A stretch of 58,478 bases of DNA, the filler included, from Blastocystis sp. subtype 4 (taxonomy: Eukaryota), in the NCBI RefSeq assembly GCF_000743755.1. It is 2 parts of 2 records of this genome, joined end to end, with 100 filler letters (N's around TTAATTAATTAA, not from the genome) between each part and the next. Parts side by side here need not be neighbours in the genome. Positions count along the whole stretch, not along the records: positions 29,301 to 58,478 come from NW_014569421.1; 1 more part is not named here. The stretch is one strand, 5' to 3'. Of the stretch, positions 50,639 through 58,478 are shown one piece after another. A program made the position numbers and the translations under genes. The notes under the pieces are model-generated. The model saw only the letters and a list, made by a program, of their open reading frames with translations, did not search any database and was not told where the DNA came from. Within the stretch, counting starts at the first letter, position 1, and every line of letters starts with the position of its first letter.

Positions 50639-53600
50639 CTAAGCACTCTTTAACAATTCTTCAGCCGTCATTCCAGGTGTCTCTTCTCGTTGTCCTTTAG
50701 CGAATTGCAAGAACACTTGATCCAGAGTGCATTGACTAAGAGTATAATCGATAATCTTCATCTTCTCCCTGTTCTTCTCCATTAACCTAAACAACTCGGA
50801 AAGAGCTCGTGTTTTCGGCAATACAACAATTGCATGACAGCCATGTGATTCACGAGTCTCAAATTCACCCACTTCCTTTCGTAACATATCCTGCATCTCC
50901 TGCATGAGTTTGGGATCATCTTCCAATTTGAAATCCAAGGTGTATCCATCACCATATTTCGTCTTCAAATGCTGACTACTTCCAATACACATAATCTGAC
51001 CATTTACCATAATAGCAATCCGATTGCACAATGCATCAGCCTCTTCCATCAAATGAGTTGTTAATAAGAAGGAGCGTGTTGCAGATGAAGTTTTAATAAT
51101 ATTCCAGAGTTTTCGTCGTGAGACTGGATCGAGACCTGTTGAAGGTTCATCCATGATCACAACATGAGGATTCCCCATAAATGCAATGGCTACACATAAA
51201 CGACGCTTGTTACCACCAGAGAGATCTTTAGTTAACTTATCTTTGTGTTCCGTAAGAGCAAGAGAAGCCAGACACTGATCAATAATCTCAGGGAGTTGGG
51301 CTTCAGGTAATCCCTTTATCATACCATAGAAATAAAGACATTCATACACACTGAGGAAATCAAACAGTACATCAAATTGTGGACAATAACCAAGGATCTT
51401 GTATGCATTCATTATATCCATTGGAATCATCTGACCATTCACTAAACATGCACCTTTGTTATAACCAAGAGTACCCATTAGGATTGATAGGATTGATGTT
51501 TTACCAGCTCCATTGGGACCTAAAAGACCAAAACAATCACCTGGAGACACACCAAAGCAGACATCTCGACAAGCCTCTACTGGAGGTGATTTCTTTCCTC
51601 CTGGATACACTTTCCAAACATGACTCACAGAGATAGCTTCACTCTCCAAGTGTTTCTCGACTCGACTCACTTCCTCCTTCACATCCTCATCGTTAGGTTC
51701 AACAGTTCCCATTTCAATATTAACCTTCGAATTCTTCACCCAATAGAATCGTTCGACTAATACTACTGTGGTGGAGAACACAATACACTCAATTATCAAA
51801 TAGACGACTGTCTTTCCACAATACTTCCAGGCCCATGGACTTGCTGGCTCAATACCAATATAAGAGGCTGTTAGTACTTCAATTGCATAGTTCGTACCAA
51901 CATTTCGGAAGGTATCAAACAGAGCATAGCCAGGTATACAGTACAAGACATAGTTAATGATATCTTGGTACTTGGCAATACTCGTCCAGTTTCCTAATAG
52001 AGATGATACAACGGCACTACCTAGCATCAAGAGCATTACAATATTGGAGAGACCTTTCTCTGCACTACTGGCAGATTTGAAACAAAACTGGAAGATATAG
52101 CAGAATGGAAGACACGCTAGAGCAAATAACAGAAGAACTACACTCATAGCAAGAGCAGCATCATGCAATCCTTCACATAAGAAGAATGTTGCTAAGAAGA
52201 ACACTACCACCATTGGAAGAGCAACCACTGTATCAAATAGGAGATTTGAGAGCCAATAATTGATATCCCAAACACCCATCACTCGTTGTTGCAAACGGGC
52301 CTGAGAGATACGTTCTCGAGCAACAGCAACACCAGCATAAATTGGCATGAAATTCACTCCTTCTGAGACATAGATACAGAACACAAGAACAAAAACAATG
52401 GATATGACATTGGCAGTAAATGATGCTGAAGGAAGCATCTTGTAATGACTAAGCAGACTCACATTCCTTGTCTGGATCTCTGTATTGAGAACAGCAGAGT
52501 CGAGTAGACTAGTCATGACAGGGAATACACCATTGTAAGAAGTATTGTACCACAGACAGAGGTTCACATTAGAAGTATTCTGTACAGAGTGAGGCTCAAG
52601 GAAGGCTACATTGTTCCCTGTTTGTAAGAGATACTCAGCAATAGCTTCAGCAGTGAAATTACCATTCAGAGAAGGAGTAACATCAACTGCACTCACATGA
52701 TCTATACTTCGATTCAATCAAGAATTCATACCACCTAAATCAGGGAACGAACTGATCAATAACTGTTCCATCATTACTTTCTCTTCATTTGTATGATACA
52801 CAAACGGAATATGCATGAGAGCCTCATCAGGAGAATAGATTTTTGAAGGATCAAACATCACAGATGTAGTCTGTTCTACTCCTGTGAGTTTATCACCAAA
52901 GAAGATAAACATAATACCAACCACTATGCAGAATATCGGTAGCATGATCTGTTGACATAACTCCTTCTTTTGACGTACTGCCATAAGTGCCTTCTTCCAT
53001 AATAGAATCTTCAATTGAGAACGATTACTGTATGAAGGTTCCACAACAGGGAACTCTTTCACTTCTTCAGCTACTGATGTTGGCGTGGTTGGACTAGGCT
53101 TCTGAGGCAGATCTGATACCTCGTTGCCTTTCTGATTGAGACGTTCTGCCTGTTCCAACTCCAATTCAGCTTCATTAGCTAGATTCACAAACACTTCTTC
53201 CAGAGAGGAGGCAGCGATGCCTGAGCTACTGATCTTGAGGTCTTCTTTCCGTGTATCGAGCATCTCCAACACATCACCAAAGTGAGGAGTAGCTTCACGT
53301 GGTACATTCAAGGTAAGCATGGTATGTGAACTTTCTTCCAAATGAGCCTCTGGAATCACCGACTGAACAAGGCTAATGATATCCTGATCATTAGCTCCTT
53401 GTTCCTTGGTGACAGACAGATGATATCCGATACCAAACTTACTCTTCAAGAACAATGAAGAACCAGCCACCTGCAGGGATCCATGAGACATCACAAGGAT
53501 TCGATCACCCAGGAAATCAGCTTCATCCATGAAATGAGTACACAGAACAATAACGCGACCGTGCTTCTTCTTTTCCAGGAGTTGCCAGATCTGACGACGG

Positions 53601-55931
53601 GAGGTCGGATCCATTCCAGATGTAGGCTCATCCAAGAACACAACTCTAAATATGAGAAAGACAATCCAATACACACTTAGGGTCGCCAATGAGAGCCATG
53701 GCAACATTAAGACGACGTTTCATACCACCTGAGAGAGTCTTCACTTGTGCATCTGCCTTATCCATCATATCAATCTACTAATGACTTTGCAAGAGCAGAC
53801 ATACGTCAACCAAAGCTTCATCAATCTTACTCTGTAACTCAGACTCACTCACTTTACGCAGACGTCCAAAGAGAGCCAAATGCTCACGACACTATACTAA
53901 ACTCCTCTCTCAATGAATACAGTAAGCACGGGGATCAATAGATTCTGTTGAGGACACACACCAAGATCACGTCGAATGGCAGGGAGTTCGTAACGAAGAG
54001 AATGACCATAAATCATAGCATCTCCTTCAGTCATTCCATAGAGTCCTGTTAACACGTTGATCAAAGTAGATTTACCAGCACCATTGTGTCCAAGAAGTAC
54101 TGTGATGTGACCTTCATAGCTAGATATTAGATGCAACGACATAAATGTACAAGGCAGCAGAGAAGTCCTTCACGGCTACAGTAGGCTGACCATCCTTCTT
54201 TTCCGGAGGGAAGGACTTGGTAAGTGAGCAGATTCGCACACCAGGTCGAGAGCGTGTCTCAGCATCCACAGCCTCAACAGTATCAGACTGAACCTGATCG
54301 AACTCGAACTCAGTCTGATCTGGTGACACTTTTGTACCGTTGTCCTTCTTCTCAAGACAGAAGCAACACGATTCCTTCGTTCCGTAACGATGTTTCTTCA
54401 CCTTATTGATGTAATAGCCAAAGAATGACCAGAATACAAATGCAATAAACTGACTCACAAGCAACCATCCAAGAGATACACCCAAACTAGTGGCATTAGG
54501 CTACCAATGATGAGACATCACAATACTTACATCCCAAAGATTAGTTGATCGGTTAAGATAATAACCCTTATAATACACAGAATCAGCGAATAACAGCAAT
54601 GAACTAATTTCAGTGTTTGTTATAGGAGGTAAAATCAGACCGGCAATGAAGAAGACCCATGTTGGCATAGTCTATTGAATCATTGGATATACTAAGATAT
54701 ACTGTGAGGAAGATAGCTGGTAATGCACCAAAGAGGAGAATAAGGAGAATCACACCAGCTCCCGTATCTGGCTTATCGAAGAGAGATGTTAGACTCATCG
54801 AAAAGGCAGATGTACTTAGAGAGACCCTATATGACATCTCAATCTCAATGGATACAGGAGCATACAAATCAGAGTCACAGCAAACCCCGTATTCTGGAAA
54901 ACCCAGACTGAGAGGAGAACTGATGCAATCAGTCCAACAAGAAGAGATCGAAGAATAATCGTGAAGAGCCAACTTGTATACCAAACCACTTCATTTAGAC
55001 CTGTCATTAACAAGGCTTCTTGGATACGAGTATCACGTTCTTCAAGTAACCGACTTGTAATAGTCACCATGGGGAAAGAAATCACAAATACGACATACAT
55101 GGGAAGGAGGCCTTGTAAGCTCTACATATGATAATTGAGACAAAAAAATACAGACAACCGACTATCCACAAAATACTCCAAATTCGGGAATTGACGTCTC
55201 GAATACGATAATATCATCTTCTTTGAAGTTTTGAATGTCGTAATGGCTTGATCAATAAACTGTTGGATGGGGGTATAAAGTACTGCTAGAGATATGGGAG
55301 TATCGGAATTGGGATCCTGATGATAGGTATCTACAAAATCCGTCCAGCTCATTAACATCAAATAATCTCCTGAAACGCGAATATAATATTCCACAGGATC
55401 GTTTGTCATAAGACGAGTAATGTTCTCAAATTCAATAGCAAGCTTGATATTGGACTGCACAGAAAGTTTTTGCAGATCCTCTTCTGCAGCTACGCATACA
55501 ATCTCTGGAACAATTGGTAACACTGCCAAGGATTTATTGAGAGACTCTACAAAAGGAGAGATAATACTGCTCTATATATGACCAAGAGAATGATAAGAAT
55601 ACCTGGCAACTATTCTCAGGAATAGGGAGCAGGACGATTTTGTCCTCATGAACAAAGAAATTCAAATTCTCCAAATTCGAAACAGGAACTTCAGGATAGA
55701 GAAGTGTTCCCTAATGTTTAGTGCTGGCATTCATAATTTACCTCCTTTTTCTCATTAACAACACTGAGACTGATAACAACTAGAATACACAGCATAAAAA
55801 CTGGGTATCTATTTCAAATAATGAATAAGGTCCTACATGATATCAACAACAAGCTCCGCTGGATTCCTCTTGATAACAATCCAGTTCTTCTTACTGATGA
55901 TAGCGTACTGAACTTTTTTATCCTGATCCAT
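50639..55931 (-). CDS. Full-size ABCA-family transporter
   Basis: Two NBDs: [11 protein letters not shown] / LSGGMKRRL / [10 protein letters not shown] and [10 protein letters not shown] / LSGGNKRRL / [10 protein letters not shown]; two TM domains. Confidence 0.95.
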
Positions 55932-56078
55932 AAAGAATAATTGAATAGTGATAACCCAAAACCGAATCTGTTTCTCTTGCAAAGAAACCGAATCCAAGTA
56001 ATTCGTTCCCTTTAGAGTAGAAGGATGATTGCTCCACATGCAAAGATGATATAAGAAACAGTAAACTACGAATGGAAA

Positions 56079-56926
56079 CTAGTATAGCAATTCATGTTGC
56101 ATATGTGCTGCAACACCCTTAGGATTTGTTAGTTTTTCGTAATTCTTCTCAATTTTGTCAAGAATCATAGAGTATGCATTCCTCAAATCGCGAAACCCTT
56201 GACACAATGTGATATAACTATGTATCAAGAGGAAGACCAGATTCCAACTGCGAAGCATCCAACGAACGTATACATTCAACCAAATCAGCTACATGCATAT
56301 TTTTACGGCTCTATGAATCAATCTAATCACTCTATTTCCACGTTCTGAATGCTATCTGCCCTAACTCGATGGTAAGATTTCAGGGCGTTGAACATTTCCA
56401 CTGCTGAGTCCTTTCCATTTTCCAGAGAGTTGTATAACTCATTCTATATAACATCTGATGATATGTACCCACTTGCACCTCTTCGCCGATAGGATGACCG
56501 TTGTCATAAGGTGCCTTGTTATAAACAATCCACATTCTATAGATTAAAACTAAATCAATCATAGACTGTAAAACATCATATATCTCGAGATAATCGATCA
56601 TTTCCTGCTTCAAAGACGCATTGAGTTCTAGAATCCTCTACAAGTTGATTAACACAATCTGAGTCACTTTGTTACATTCCACTGACTCTGCAGACACATC
56701 GATTTGGGAAATCACATCACATTGTAAAAATTCGTGTTGGACATTCTATATTTCAAAACAAGACTTGGTTACTACTTCAATGTACTCATTGAGATTACAA
56801 ATCTTCTTAGGAAGCTCAATTTTGATAATTCTATCTGCTTTCTCCTTTGTAAGTCGAACTTGATCCAAGAAAAACTAGATATCAGAAATAGAGAAAACAC
56901 CAAACCTGTGTCGGCTTCACTTCCAT
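56079..56926 (-). CDS. Proteasome activator PA28 (11S REG) subunit
   Basis: IELPKKI, MWIVYNKAPYDNGHPIGEEVQ and YITLCQGFRDLRNAYSMILDKIEKNYEKLTNPK...LLY* match PA28. Confidence 0.85.
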
Positions 56927-57236
56927 TAATTATCTATTACAGTAAAAGGAACAAGAAATAATAGGAAAACGAATGACCTTCAATATCAAGATCAGAATAT
57001 TCTTCCCAGAATCAATCTAGTGTATATGTAAGTAGCTGTTAATGAGTGCAAGTTGTTTCCGATGTATGTCCTGGTAAACAAGCTCCCTACGACTTGTTGG
57101 TGTTGTGTGGAGAAGAAAGCCAGGTAGATGGTCCATAACATTCTTTTGGTTATGTATGATTGTTTCATATGTTTTTGAATGTTCTGATACATAAGTAGAC
57201 TAGATATCATAATATGTTTCTTGTTAACACACAATT

Positions 57237-57870
57237 CTATTCCAATCTCTCAAACAAAGGACGGTGACGAGTTCTCAGTTCCACATCGGGATTATACGTA
57301 ACTTCGATGACCTATCCATGAAAAGCCTGAATATACAGTATACATCGCTAGGAAGAGTATCTTTTGGACCAACGGCGGATGTCACAGGATGAGCTCGTTG
57401 CATCGATTCCTGAGGCTTTGGAATCACCTTTCCAGAAGCCATTGAGACTCGCTGACGAATTCCATCCACACGTTTCACTTTCACTTTTGTGGGCTTTCTA
57501 CATGTTAGACGAGGGGACCAAGTTTACTTTGTTTCGGGATCTACAAGCTGTACATTTGAATAAGGAACACCAGACTCCACATCAAAGATGCCTCCTGCTT
57601 GTTCATCTGTTCCCTTTATGTATCTCTTCCTCTATTCGTTAGTATTTAAGTCATACTCTATCTTACAAAGTTCACTCCTTCAATTAACAACCGATTTAGC
57701 TTTCTATCCACCTTTAATACTTTTCCCTGCTTTCCTTTATCTTTTCCGGAGATTACCTCAACCTAGAGCTAATCCTTCACTCCAAAAACACGAACGGTAT
57801 CTCCTCGAACAATGGTCCAAGTACGAATCGTATCAGCTGCATCAATCTTTCGTTGCAGTTTTACCCTCAT
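57237..57870 (-). CDS. MRPL24: Mitochondrial-type ribosomal protein uL24
   Basis: [23 protein letters not shown] (KOW), [32 protein letters not shown]. Confidence 0.88.
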
Positions 57871-57877
57871 CCTGTGT

Positions 57878-58478
57878 TTAATTACAGGATGAATCATTCG
57901 TTTCGTGTTCTGCATGGATTATTGTGATTGTGGTGTTCGCATTTCGATTCCACTCATGAGATGAAATGTCATTTGTGGTAACAATTGGAGAACCAAAAGA
58001 GGGATGATTCTCACTCTCTCGTTTCAATTGGCAAATGTTTTCATCTTGACCATTTCTGTTGCAAACATGAAGGCTAACAGTTGATAGAACCATGACAAAC
58101 AAATTCCAGAATTATGAACATATTTGGAGGTACTGTTTTTCTGCTTCACTGACCGGTTTTCGATTCCTGTCAAATAGGGTCTGAGTGTTCTTTGTACATT
58201 CTAAATCGAACTGTTTGGGAAAATGGAGACTCAAGCTGTAAGTAACGGAGATCAACATTCACGTGTATAGACAAGTTTTCAATCAATAGACAAGCAAGTA
58301 AATGATGAGAAAGTTCTCTCTCATGAAGAGCTGATGGCTGCTCTAAAGAAACAAGTAGGTGCTGTTGTTCTGTCACCTCATGGATAGATTGAGTACTACT
58401 TCTCTCAGGAAAATCTCGCAAAGGATAGTTATCTTCTGTCTTTGATGAATGACTCTGGCTATGTTTCTCTGACCACAA
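57878..58478 (-). CDS. Partial gene of unknown function running off the window end
   Basis: Minus-strand ORFs 58170-58478 and 57878-58102; exon structure unresolved. Confidence 0.3.

Noticed and set aside
52702..52731. In-frame TGA (52718-52720) splitting ABCA into two same-frame ORFs, suggesting readthrough or selenocysteine
   Set aside because: It lies inside a 30-nt GT-AG intron (GTATGAATTC...AAGTATAG) whose removal keeps the frame.
56970..57225. Possible tiny plus-strand gene between PA28 and MRPL24
   Set aside because: A TGTTTCTT motif near 57215 hints at a transcript, but I could not build a convincing reading frame.
1..58478. Alternative genetic code, mass pseudogenisation, CRISPR, tRNA/rRNA or transposons
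   Set aside because: The ORF breaks I examined are explained by ~30-nt GT-AG introns, and all three stops end genes normally. I saw no spaced direct repeats, tRNA/rRNA signatures or transposase/RT motifs by eye.

Overview
Gene-dense eukaryotic nuclear DNA, most likely Blastocystis (stramenopile). This identification is an inference from three things: GT-AG introns clustered at about 28-35 nt, very short intergenic spacers, and a TGTTTGTT-type motif at gene 3' ends. I can delimit about 37 protein-coding genes, most fragmented in the ORF track by ~30-nt introns. Recognisable ones include RPL8, SKP1, R2R3-Myb, PPPDE/DeSI, PYM1, RPL27, TMEM18, SRSF2-like, CDK5RAP3, makorin, GT49, AlaRS, TAF5, a PDZ-TBC RabGAP, NAXD, RPN11, RRP1, RPL9, TTC27, TRAP1, an LPAT, a PWWP protein, ABCA, PA28 and MRPL24. 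An artificial scaffold gap lies at 29201-29300. The main signals are: (1) about 11-13 genes have no stop codon upstream of the motif, with an in-frame T or TA exactly 5 nt before it, so poly(A) would create UAA (known in Blastocystis); (2) five further genes have a genomic TGA whose T sits at the same -5 position, so the mRNA would carry UAA rather than UGA; (3) convergent gene pairs repeatedly share one quasi-palindromic 15-16 nt TGTTTG..CAAACA element; (4) a divergent stand-alone clathrin terminal-domain protein with an 8-nt microexon. All gene models and family calls were made by eye, with no database searches.
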